Shown: positions 9,978 to 18,916 of the stretch, one piece after another
Numbering within the stretch: the stretch's first letter is position 1
How the letters are laid out: each line of letters opens with the position of its first letter
Source: a bacterium
Lineage (GTDB): Bacteria > Hinthialibacterota > Hinthialibacteria > Hinthialibacterales > Hinthialibacteraceae
Length of the DNA stretch: 64,000 nt
Assembly (NCBI GenBank): GCA_963662285.2
Contig: CAXXMV010000001.1
Span: forward strand, 1 to 64,000
Reading direction: 5' to 3'
Position numbers and translations under genes: made by a program
Notes under the pieces: model-generated
Database searches by the model: none
Seen by the model: the letters and a program-made list of their open reading frames with translations, nothing else
Told to the model about the DNA's origin: nothing

Positions 9978-11147
9978 TTAATCAATATTCAGACCAAGAG
10001 CTTTGGCGGTATCTTTATTGACTTCGACTTTTCCGTTCCGGCGTTCTACTACTCCGAAACTGCCGTCGAAGGTCCACATGCACCAGCCGATGTTGTATTT
10101 CTCGCAGGATTGTCTTACGTCCTGTATCCATGCGTTTCTGTATTTTGGAGGGCAGTAACTTTTGTAGGCGCCCCATTCGTTACAGATTACATTAACGCCA
10201 TGCTGCTTGGCCCATTCAGAGGCTTGTTTCATGCGGCCTTCGATTTTGGCGGCGTTCCAGCGCTGCTCGCCATAATGTTTGATATTCTTATCGATCTTTT
10301 CGTCAGAGTATTTACCGATATGGTCTTGCACTGCTTCCGGGGTGGAAGGATAGGGGATGTCGCGCAACGGCTTGACCCAATCGGAACTCCAGGACGCGCC
10401 TTGATGAGTGAAGATATGCGGTTCGTAGAAATGGAAATTATAAATAATGTTGGGGTCTTTGAGCGGCTCGAGTTCCAGCAGGGTATCCAGATTTGACCAC
10501 TGGGCGCCAGTGGCCAGAATGGAATGTTTGGGAGCGCCTTGACGGATAGCGGCGATTACCTTGGCCTGCACTGGCGGCCATGCTGCCTCTTTGCCGCTTA
10601 GAACAGGTTCGTTCATCGGTTCCAGTATAACCCACTCAGGATCGAACTGGTTCAATTGTTGCGCGAAGGCAGTCCAGAAACTACAGAATTGATCAGTAAA
10701 AGTTTGATCCTTACCCAGCGGCCCGGAATAATTGCTGCCGCCCTCTTTTTGAGAAATGCTGTGCAGATCGATAATAATGGCTAATTTGTATGACAGGATT
10801 TTTTTGATCCCCGCCATCAGCAGCGGCATGTTTTCTTTATTTAACAAACCCAAATCGCTCTTGTCATATACATTGGCCATGTCTATGGGGACGCGGACGA
10901 AGGTGAAACCCAGTTTTTTGATCAAAGCGAAATCCTCATCGGGATAGCGTTTGCTCAGTTCTTCGACGGAACCGCGATTAAGCCAGAACCAGCTGGGAAT
11001 ATTAATGCCTTTGGTTAAACGGGACATGCGCTCATCGCTGACGCCGCTTGATTGTGAAGCATTCACCGTCGGCGCCAGAAGTAGAAAAGCGCCCAGTATT
11101 AATAACGTTAAACCGATGATAAAATTTCTGCCTGATATGTGTAACAT
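9978..11147 (-). CDS. secreted glycoside hydrolase family 5
   Basis: Signal peptide, GINI, FVRVP, IIDLH, EPMNEP (acid/base), FHFYEPHIFTHQGA, NEWGAY (nucleophile), GWCMW. Confidence 0.9.
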   Translation of the reverse strand: MLHISGRNFIIGLTLLILGAFLLLAPTVNASQSSGVSDERMSRLTKGINIPSWFWLNRGSVEELSKRYPDEDFALIKKLGFTFVRVPIDMANVYDKSDLGLLNKENMPLLMAGIKKILSYKLAIIIDLHSISQKEGGSNYSGPLGKDQTFTDQFCSFWTAFAQQLNQFDPEWVILEPMNEPVLSGKEAAWPPVQAKVIAAIRQGAPKHSILATGAQWSNLDTLLELEPLKDPNIIYNFHFYEPHIFTHQGASWSSDWVKPLRDIPYPSTPEAVQDHIGKYSDEKIDKNIKHYGEQRWNAAKIEGRMKQASEWAKQHGVNVICNEWGAYKSYCPPKYRNAWIQDVRQSCEKYNIGWCMWTFDGSFGVVERRNGKVEVNKDTAKALGLNID

Positions 11148-11322
11148 CTTAATTCTCCTTAAACTTTACGTCAGAGGTGGAATTTGGTGGGCTACGCTTT
11201 CGCTTTTAGCCCACCCTACGCGTTGGCTGATATGCGTAACATCGGAATTCTCCTTAAACTTTACGCCAGAGGTGGAATTTGGTGGGCTACGCTGGCGCTT
11301 TTAGCCCACCCTACGCGCTGGC
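11132..11322 (+). repeat. 95-bp tandem duplication containing the GH5 start codon, RBS and a family-B REP
   Basis: ctgatatg(t/c)gtaacatc..aattctccttaaactttacg..agaggtggaatttggtgggctacgc..gcttttagcccaccctacgcg starts at 11132 and at 11227. Confidence 0.9.
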
Positions 11323-11495
11323 ATGTGAACTCTCCTTGATGGAGGGATTATGATGACTCCATGTTTAACTGATATGCATATTGTTAACTGGATTATAGTG
11401 AAAAGCAAAGGGGCGCCTGCGCTCTATTATTATTTGTTGCGTTAAATGATAAACTATGATTAAATGCAGTTGAAAGTTGCGCTCTGGAGATTCCC

Positions 11496-11999
11496 ATGGA
11501 AAATGAACCGCACCCCCCAATGGATTTCGGGAAATTTGATTATCGATGTCTGGTTTCTCTTATTGGTGTTTTAAGAAGAGATGCAATGGCTAACATAAAT
11601 CTAATTTGGATCAAGATTAAGTTTCAGATTTTATTGGCCGGCTTCTTTTTTACTATTGCAACCTTTTTTACAAAGGATATGATTTTCGGGGTATATAGTG
11701 GAGATATCACTTTTTTAATAACTGGAATTATTGGATATGTGATAAACCTATATCTTCAAAATACGATAGAAAGCAACTGGACTCAGGTTCAAAAATACAA
11801 TGAGTCATGCAAGAAATTAGAAGAACATTTACCAATTGAATTACGGGATTATGCTGCAATGCATACTTATTATGCAATCGCGAAGAAACCAGGTTTCAGG
11901 CCGACCAAAACATTTATTGATAACTTTGGATTTTTATTGAATGCCATTTGGATTTGCATCGTAGTTGGTTGCGCCGTCTTGTTATTTGTTGATTTTTAA
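11496..11999 (+). CDS. AT-rich three-TM membrane protein, RipA-like
   Basis: Two N-terminal hydrophobic helices, W....KYN....KLEEHLP segment, C-terminal TM helix; GGAGA RBS. Confidence 0.5.
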   Translation: MENEPHPPMDFGKFDYRCLVSLIGVLRRDAMANINLIWIKIKFQILLAGFFFTIATFFTKDMIFGVYSGDITFLITGIIGYVINLYLQNTIESNWTQVQKYNESCKKLEEHLPIELRDYAAMHTYYAIAKKPGFRPTKTFIDNFGFLLNAIWICIVVGCAVLLFVDF

Positions 12000-12058
12000 A
12001 ATGTGTTGAGGGTGAGCGAATCATTAAAAGAAAATATTATTAATATGAAGGAAAAAAG

Positions 12059-13024
12059 ATGAACCAACCAAAATTCACACGACGTGGAATCTTCGCCCCG
12101 ACCGGAACTGCAATAGCTGCAGCCATGATCGGAGGATTATCAAATACTTCTCATGCAGCGACTCGCCAGGATAAACCATCCAACAAGCAGGCTTTCCGGT
12201 ATTGCTTAAATACTGGAACTATCCGTGGTCAAAAACTGGGTTTGCTTAAAGAAATCGAAGTGGTTGCCAAAGCGGGCTATGACGCCATCGAACCCTGGAT
12301 CGATTCCATCCGTAATTACGAAAAGCAGGGAGGTTCTTTGAGCGATTTGAAAAAGAAAATTATTGATTTAGGACTCACGGTTGAAAGCGCCATCGGTTTT
12401 GCTCAATGGGTGGTTGATGATGACGCCAAACGCGCAGAGGGTATGGAAAATATAAAACAAGACATGGATATCCTCGCTCAAATCGGGGGAAAACGAATCG
12501 CAGCTCCTCCAGCGGGCGCAACCAATGAACCCGGACTCGATCTGCTGAAAGCGGCTGAGCGCTATCGTGAGTTATTGGAATTGGGCGACCAAGTGGGCGT
12601 TGTTGCTCAGATTGAAACCTGGGGACCGTCCAAGAACCTTTATCGGTTGGGTCAAGCCGCCTACGTGGCTATCGAAAGCGGCCATCCCAAGGCGTGCGTC
12701 CTGGCAGATGTCTACCATATGTATAAAGGCGGTTCGAGTTTCAATGGACTCAGACTGCTCAATGGCTCAACCATGCCGGTTTTTCATATGAACGATTATC
12801 CAGCCAATCCCCCCCGTGAAAGCATTGGCGACAAAGACCGTGTATACCCCGGCGATGGAATCGCGCCGCTAACCCAAATACTGCGCGACTTACATTCCAC
12901 CGGTCCGGGGAAAGTTCTGTCGCTGGAAATCTTCAACCGAACCTATTGGGCGCAAGATGCGTTGAAAACCGCAACTGATGGATTACGGAAAATGAAGGAT
13001 GCTGTTCATGAGGCGATTGGGTAG
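12059..13024 (+). CDS. Tat-exported sugar phosphate isomerase/epimerase (AP_endonuc_2 TIM barrel)
   Basis: TRRGIF twin-arginine signal; AGYDAIEPW, QIETWG, ADVYHMY, HMND, RVYPGDG, SLEIFN. Confidence 0.88.
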   Translation: MNQPKFTRRGIFAPTGTAIAAAMIGGLSNTSHAATRQDKPSNKQAFRYCLNTGTIRGQKLGLLKEIEVVAKAGYDAIEPWIDSIRNYEKQGGSLSDLKKKIIDLGLTVESAIGFAQWVVDDDAKRAEGMENIKQDMDILAQIGGKRIAAPPAGATNEPGLDLLKAAERYRELLELGDQVGVVAQIETWGPSKNLYRLGQAAYVAIESGHPKACVLADVYHMYKGGSSFNGLRLLNGSTMPVFHMNDYPANPPRESIGDKDRVYPGDGIAPLTQILRDLHSTGPGKVLSLEIFNRTYWAQDALKTATDGLRKMKDAVHEAIG

Positions 13025-13603
13025 GGGGGATGGATTGAATTAATGGTGATAAGAATAACGAAAGTTTGTTATCAAGGGTAGAAAATACACTACCCTTGGC
13101 ACCCATGCTGATGGATTACGGAAAATGAAGGATGCTGTTCATGAGGCGATTGGGTAGGGGGGATGGATTGAATTAATGGTGATAAGAATAACGAAAGTTT
13201 GTTATCAAGGGTAGAAAATACACTACCCTTGGCACCCATGCTGATGGATTACGGAAAATGAAGGATGCTGTTCATGAGGCGATTGGGTAGGGGGGATGGA
13301 TTGAATTAATGGTGATAAGAATAACGAAAGTTTGTTATCAAGGGTAGAAAATACACTACCCTTGGCACCCATGCTGATGGATTACGGAAAATGAAGGATG
13401 CTGTTCATGAGGCGATTGGGTAGGGGGGATGGATTGAATTAATGGTGATAAGAATAACGAAAGTTTGTTATCAAGGGTAGAAAATACACTACCCTTGGCA
13501 CCCATGCTGATGGATTACGGAAAATGAAGGATGCTGTTCATGAGGCGATTGGGTAGGGGGGATGGATTGAATTAAAGGTGATAAGAATAACGAAAGTTTG
13601 TTA

Positions 13604-14994
13604 GCCTCTTCAAAAAAATCTGTGGGTGAAATTTGGTTCTGGTAAATCGCCAAGTGTATGATATAAGGCGATTTCCAGCGCTTTGTAGGTTCGAAAACCG
13701 TACGCCATTTTGGTAGTCACTTTGGCCTTGTTGTTTAAGCCTTCCACCACTCCAGAAGAAAACTCCTTTTTCGCCCGAAACCAGTTCAAAATCAGTTCGC
13801 GATGGTTGCGCAGCATCTTGGCCACTTTCTTCATTGGTTCGATTCGCGAGCGCATGGTTTTAGTACACCACTGATCCATGAAGCGTCCAGCCCACCATGC
13901 TGATTTATATTCCCAGAAAAATTGAAATTCCTCTTTGAGAAGATAACTTCTCACCGTGCGCAGATTATATCGAACCACGTTGGCTAATTTATCGACCTGC
14001 TTGACTGTCAAATTATCCGGGCGTTTCAGAAACCACCAGCGACTTCCTTTTAATACCGGTTCTAATCCCTTGGCCTTCAATTCACGGGATTCTCCAGCGC
14101 GGACTTGATCTATGGCTTTGTTCATATGAGCCATGATGTGAAACCGATCCAATACATTCAGCGCGCTTTTGGCTTTTTTGCGAATGACTTTGAGATAAGC
14201 TTTCCACATATCACTGCACACAAATTCCAATTTTTTTGAACGTTCTTCCCCGAACCATCTGAAGAATTTCAACAGTGTTTTGATCTTTCTTTTTTCCCCG
14301 ATCCACAGCAGCCGTTTGCAATTCTCATTGATTTGATATACCACTGTCACATACTGATGTCCGCCGCCCCATTGCATTTCATCGATTCCAATGGCGGTGA
14401 TTCCTTCCAGGTTCACATGCTGGCGGCCCCATTCTACCGCCCGTTCAACCGAATGAAAAACATTGTACCAACTTGTTTGAAATGCTTCCGCCACTTGGCT
14501 CCAACTCATCCGCTTGGCCCAGCTCGCCAAGAACCATTGATAGATATGCGTTAATTCATGTTTACCATCGGCCCAAGGTACCTTTTCAACTTTCACTCCA
14601 CAGCGGTGACAATTCACGCGGCGCATGGCATAGATCAGGAATACGGTTAATCCCCATATCGGGATAAACTCAAATCGGCGCGCATCTAATCTGTCATAAC
14701 CTGATCCTTTTTCTCCGCAGCATGAACATATCGGGCGGCTTTTGACATGAGCACGGACTTTTACCTCTATGGATGTTTTACCATTCCATTCACCAAATTT
14801 GCTAGAAGCATATACATACCCCTTGATTTTATGAACACGATTGAGGATTCTAATGACATCCATCCGGTTTCCTCCTGGTTGATGATTTTTCGCTGATTTC
14901 ATTCTTTCAGGATAAGAGACCGGATGTCTTTTTTATACCTCTACTATTCGAAGTATTTTTGCTATCATTCACCCACAGATTTCTTTATAGAACC
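13604..14994 (-). mobile_element. ISL3-family insertion sequence (1391 bp), 8-bp target duplication GTTTGTTA
   Basis: 27-bp imperfect IRs gcctcttcaaaaaaatctgtgggtgaa and ggttctataaagaaatctgtgggtgaa (reverse complement); TSD at 13596-13603 and 14995-15002. Confidence 0.95.
13610..14902 (-). CDS. ISL3-family transposase
   Basis: Zinc ribbon CSCC..CHRCG, IGIDE, CSDMW, LDRFH, SSGVVEGLNNKAK..AYGFR; start may be the MDVIR Met at about 14863. Confidence 0.95.
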   Translation of the reverse strand: MKSAKNHQPGGNRMDVIRILNRVHKIKGYVYASSKFGEWNGKTSIEVKVRAHVKSRPICSCCGEKGSGYDRLDARRFEFIPIWGLTVFLIYAMRRVNCHRCGVKVEKVPWADGKHELTHIYQWFLASWAKRMSWSQVAEAFQTSWYNVFHSVERAVEWGRQHVNLEGITAIGIDEMQWGGGHQYVTVVYQINENCKRLLWIGEKRKIKTLLKFFRWFGEERSKKLEFVCSDMWKAYLKVIRKKAKSALNVLDRFHIMAHMNKAIDQVRAGESRELKAKGLEPVLKGSRWWFLKRPDNLTVKQVDKLANVVRYNLRTVRSYLLKEEFQFFWEYKSAWWAGRFMDQWCTKTMRSRIEPMKKVAKMLRNHRELILNWFRAKKEFSSGVVEGLNNKAKVTTKMAYGFRTYKALEIALYHTLGDLPEPNFTHRFF

Positions 14995-15764
14995 GTTTGT
15001 TATCAAGGGTAGAAAATACACTACCCTTGGCACCCATGCTGATGGATTACGGAAAATGAAGGATGCTGTTCATGAGGCGATTGGGTAGGGGGGATTGATT
15101 GAATTAAAGGTGATAAGAATAACGAAAGTTTGTTATCAAGGGTAGAAAATACACTACCCTTGGCGCCCATGCTGATGGATTACAGAAAATGAAGGATGCT
15201 GTTCATAAGGCGATTGGGTAGGGGGGATGGATTGAATTAATGGTGATAAGAATAACGAAAGTTTGTTATCAAGGGTAGAAAATACACTACCCTTGGCACC
15301 CATGCTGATGGATTACGGAAAATGAAGGATGCTGTTCATAAGGCGATTGGGTAGGGGGGATGGATTGAATTAAAGGTGATAAGAATAACGAAAGTTTGTT
15401 ATCAAGGGTAGAAAATACACTACCCTTGGCACCCATGCTGATGGATTACGGAAAATGAAGGATGCTGTTCATGAGGCGATTGGGTAGGGGAGGCTTGGGT
15501 GGTTGGTTTTGGTGGGCTACGCTATCGCTTTTAGCCCACCCTACGCGCTAAAGTTTGTTATCAAGGGTAGAAAATACACTACCCTTGGCACCCATGCTGA
15601 TGGATTACGGAAAATGAAGGATGCTGTTCATAAGGCGCTTGGTTAGGGGGGATGGATTGAATTAATGGTGATAAGAATAACGAAAGTTTGTTATCAAGGG
15701 TAGAAAATACACTACCCTTGGCGCCCATGTTCACAGTATGCGTTGTGGGAAATTATTGATAAGA

Positions 15765-15816
15765 AAATCGCCGCATCGTTTTTTTTATTGGTTAAGGGGA
15801 AACGATGCGGCGGTTT
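15765..15816 (-). terminator. long hairpin downstream of the DUF2442 gene
   Basis: aaatcgccgcatcgttt ... aaacgatgcggcggttt inverted repeat. Confidence 0.5.
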
Positions 15817-15865
15817 GGTTTTAGTAGGTGGTTTTGGTGGGCTACGCTATCGCTTTTAGCCCACC

Positions 15866-16126
15866 CTACGCGCTGCTCGCTTTTGCTTTTAATGGGAATC
15901 GTTGCGGATTTTCTATTATTTCTTCGCTTAAGTCAACATCCAGGTCAGGCCAATAATAATGTCCGGGAGATTGCTCTTCTACATTGATAATCGATTTAAC
16001 CGTCTGATCTTTAAACCATGGGAAGTCTTCGTATGACATGAATATTTCTTTGTCATGAGATAAAAGCCATATTCCATGGGATGAGATGTTTGTGATCTCA
16101 ACTGATAAGGCGCCTTCGTTATGCAT
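15866..16126 (-). CDS. DUF2442 domain protein (orphan, putative TA component)
   Basis: VEITNISSHGIWLL, FPWF, YYWPDLDVDLS, PQRFPL; flanked by family-B REPs at 15836-15869 and 16154-16187. Confidence 0.8.
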   Translation of the reverse strand: MHNEGALSVEITNISSHGIWLLSHDKEIFMSYEDFPWFKDQTVKSIINVEEQSPGHYYWPDLDVDLSEEIIENPQRFPLKAKASSA

Positions 16127-16235
16127 TATTGAACCTTTATAAGCAACTATCATGGTGGGCTACGCTATCGCTTTTAGCCCACCCTACGCGAAAACTTTTA
16201 GCCCACCCTACGCGAAACCAAATTTCCAGTATAGT

Positions 16236-17393
16236 TTACTCCACACCCCGTTTTTGCCGCTCAAACAAGGGGATTGATATTAGCAGGATAACGGTTCCCA
16301 GGGATAGTAGGCTTAAGCATTCGGGCATTACTCCGGATAGGGTTTTGCCGAAGGCCATTACGTCTTGCAGGGCTTGCAGCGCCCAGTAGGTCGGGGTGCA
16401 CATGGCGATTTTGCGGAAGGTTTCGGGCACTATCTCAATGGGCCACCAGCAGCCGCCCAGGGCGCATAGAATCTGGGTGACCATGATGCCGACGCTGGAA
16501 ATCTGTTTCTCGGTTGAAAATACCGTGCCGAATAAGACGCCCAGGGTTCCACAGAAGAAGGAGAAACACGCCAGGACGGGAATCAATATTAATGGATGGT
16601 CGCCCAGTGATACGCCGAAGAGGTAATGGCCGCACAGAATGATCATGATCGATTGCAGAGCGGGTTGCAACATGCGCGCCAACAATTTAGATATAAATAT
16701 TTCCATAGGCGAAACGGGAGCGGCGATCAAACGGGTCAGCTGTTTGTGGCGCCGTTCTTCGGCCAGAGTGATCCCGCCATACATTATGCTGATCATTAAA
16801 ACGAACATAACCAGATAGCCCGGCAAGGTAAGCGCCATACCGACCGGAGGCGGACGCAGGGCGTTATGCTTCATATTTTTCACTGATAATTGCTGGGGCT
16901 TGTTTAACTCGGCGACAAATTTTTCACTGGTCAATTTGGTCCAACGGTTGTTGACCAGGTCCACCGCCGCCAAGGCGCCATTGAATTTAACCAGATTGAA
17001 GATCAAGCGCGCTTGAGCCGAGAGAGTGTTCTCTTCGTTTCCCTTACCTTTTACGAATTCAAAGCACGCCGTTTCTCCTTTTAGGATCGACTCAGAGAAA
17101 GTAGCCGGAATTATAATGGCTCTGGACCAATACTGAACGTGATTCTCTTCATACATTTTCTTACGGAGATCAACGTTGTATCCATCAGCCTTCAGCTGAT
17201 CGATAAACAGGGTGGATAGTTCATGCTTATCGTGATTGAAGATTGGCAGCCAGGTGGTGTTTTTGCGTTCTCCACCCATCAACAGGGCGAACATATAGAC
17301 AAAGCCCAGCGGCATAATCAGCCACCAGAAGATCAACATTTTATCCTTAAACATACGGCGCAGGTCGTTTAATGCGATGCGAAGAATATTCAT
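16236..17393 (-). CDS. ABC-2 type exporter permease
   Basis: IALNDLRRMF..MP, extracytoplasmic loop, EERR..L.RL..AP..I..SK, LGGCWWP, PTYWA; likely start MNILRIA. Confidence 0.88.
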   Translation of the reverse strand: MNILRIALNDLRRMFKDKMLIFWWLIMPLGFVYMFALLMGGERKNTTWLPIFNHDKHELSTLFIDQLKADGYNVDLRKKMYEENHVQYWSRAIIIPATFSESILKGETACFEFVKGKGNEENTLSAQARLIFNLVKFNGALAAVDLVNNRWTKLTSEKFVAELNKPQQLSVKNMKHNALRPPPVGMALTLPGYLVMFVLMISIMYGGITLAEERRHKQLTRLIAAPVSPMEIFISKLLARMLQPALQSIMIILCGHYLFGVSLGDHPLILIPVLACFSFFCGTLGVLFGTVFSTEKQISSVGIMVTQILCALGGCWWPIEIVPETFRKIAMCTPTYWALQALQDVMAFGKTLSGVMPECLSLLSLGTVILLISIPLFERQKRGVE

Positions 17394-18004
17394 GAGGCAT
17401 CCCCCGATTCCATACGGCGTTTCAGGAACCATGATCCCAGAAATGTCGTGACCATTCCATAAGCAAATAATTTCAATATCGAGGGGATGATTTTATCCAA
17501 CGAGTTACCGCTCATAACGCCGCGCATGCCAACGATGCCCCAGCGGTTGAATACCCATTCCCCGATGTTTTGCATAAATTTGGGCATGTTCTCGAAGGGG
17601 AAGAAAGAACCGCTTATAAAACCAGTGAAAAGAACCACTATAACGATGACCGCATTTGAGCCGTCTTTGGATTTCATTAATCCATAAACCAGAGCCAGCG
17701 TGCCGGTTATCGACATATTCATAGTAAAACCAACTACCGTTAACCAGAACGGGTTGCCCCACTTGATGCCAAACAGCATGATGGTGACCAATACCAGAAG
17801 TATCTCAACGATGAAGCAGATCAGGAAGCAGCGGATGATTTTGCCCAGCACGATCTGGTTCACCGAAGCGGCGGTCGACATCAAGCGCATCATGGTCTTG
17901 TTGTCTCTCTCTTCATAGAGGTCAGCTAAGGTGTTCTGAGCAATAAAAAAGACCCACATCAACATCAAGCCGGGAAACATATAGGAGAAAATTTCTTCAT
18001 TCAT
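17390..18004 (-). CDS. ABC-2 permease, C-terminal half
   Basis: FSYMFPG, LYEERDNKTMMRL, IVLGK, SGSFFPFENMP. Confidence 0.75.
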   Translation of the reverse strand: MNEEIFSYMFPGLMLMWVFFIAQNTLADLYEERDNKTMMRLMSTAASVNQIVLGKIIRCFLICFIVEILLVLVTIMLFGIKWGNPFWLTVVGFTMNMSITGTLALVYGLMKSKDGSNAVIVIVVLFTGFISGSFFPFENMPKFMQNIGEWVFNRWGIVGMRGVMSGNSLDKIIPSILKLFAYGMVTTFLGSWFLKRRMESGDAS

Positions 18005-18086
18005 ACTATTATCCGATATTTAACTGTTCAGGTGACAGAAATTCATATTAGAAAAATGCTTGATAAAAGCATGCAGACTAGAATCC

Positions 18087-18172
18087 TTCCCCCCAAGTTT
18101 GGGGGGAGTTAGAGGGGGGTTGCGTCTCGACCAATCAACCCCCACCTAACCTCCCCCAGGCTTGGGGGAAGG
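18087..18172. repeat. two family-D palindromes in inverted arrangement between the permease halves
   Basis: ttccccccaagtttggggggagttagaggggggttg and aacccccacctaacctcccccaggcttgggggaa. Confidence 0.8.
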
Positions 18173-18244
18173 ATATGCATTTCATTCAGCTAATCTATTA
18201 TTTCGTTTTTTTTTTTATTTATAATCACTAAATTTAAACACATT

Positions 18245-18916
18245 TTACTGAACGACTACCAGTTCGCGTGAGGCGCTGGGGATGAAATCCTTGACGGCGA
18301 TGGTTTTGAATTGCACTAATGGGGGCAGGAAATACTTTTCCACCACTCTCACCTTCTCCATACCATTATACAAAAGCATGGCGGCGCCCCAGCTGGAGGG
18401 CAGCGAATCAGAGTTCAACAGTTCAACGGTTTGTCTAAGTTCGTCTTCCATCAAGGTTATGATTTGCGAGACGCCCACCGCGAACAGATCGGTTCCCTGC
18501 TCAACGACAAAAGGCAGCACCAATTGCGCGGGATTCTTGTATAATTCGATAGTTACAGTGGCGCCATCGATAAGATCAGCCGTCATATGATCGGGGAAAA
18601 CCACTAAGGCCGAGGCCCGGCGTTTCTCTAAAAGTAGAATGCCATCATCTACGGTATCCACAAAATGCAGTTTGAGGTTTTTTCCGGCGTCTCCCTGCGA
18701 TGACATAGAGCGCAGCATACCGGAGAAGAAATCTTCGTCGTCATCCACCACCGCTACGTGAAGCACAATCTCCGGCGCTTCCTTGCCTCCGCCGCCAAAT
18801 ACGGAGGCCATCAACCAGGTGAGCAGCACCGGCAGAATCATCATGATTATGATGCTCCACGGCCTTTTCAGGTCGCGCAGCAAATCTTTAGCAACAAGAG
18901 ATATTAGAACTTTCAA
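18245..18916 (-). CDS. ABC-2 permease, N-terminal half (TM1 plus extracytoplasmic domain)
   Basis: LVAKDLLRDLK..LP, VAVVDDD, ALVVFP; ends before TM2. Confidence 0.75.
   Translation of the reverse strand: MKVLISLVAKDLLRDLKRPWSIIIMMILPVLLTWLMASVFGGGGKEAPEIVLHVAVVDDDEDFFSGMLRSMSSQGDAGKNLKLHFVDTVDDGILLLEKRRASALVVFPDHMTADLIDGATVTIELYKNPAQLVLPFVVEQGTDLFAVGVSQIITLMEDELRQTVELLNSDSLPSSWGAAMLLYNGMEKVRVVEKYFLPPLVQFKTIAVKDFIPSASRELVVVQ

Larger units (their letters stand above)
12975..15729 (+). repeat. tandem array of ten 133-bp units interrupted by ISL3
   Basis: Units start at 12975, 13108, 13241, 13374, 13507 (split by the IS), 15039, 15172, 15305, 15438 (159-bp variant) and 15597; each has the last about 50 nt of the isomerase gene and the hairpin caagggtag-aaaataca-ctacccttg. 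Confidence 0.97.

Noticed and set aside
12975-15729. CRISPR array interpretation of the hairpin-containing repeats
   Set aside because: Sequences between hairpins are near-identical rather than unique spacers, the period is 133 bp and no cas genes are present.
15805-16389. ORFs containing WWATLSLLAHPTR (also 10951..11304)
   Set aside because: They are translations of family-B REPs.
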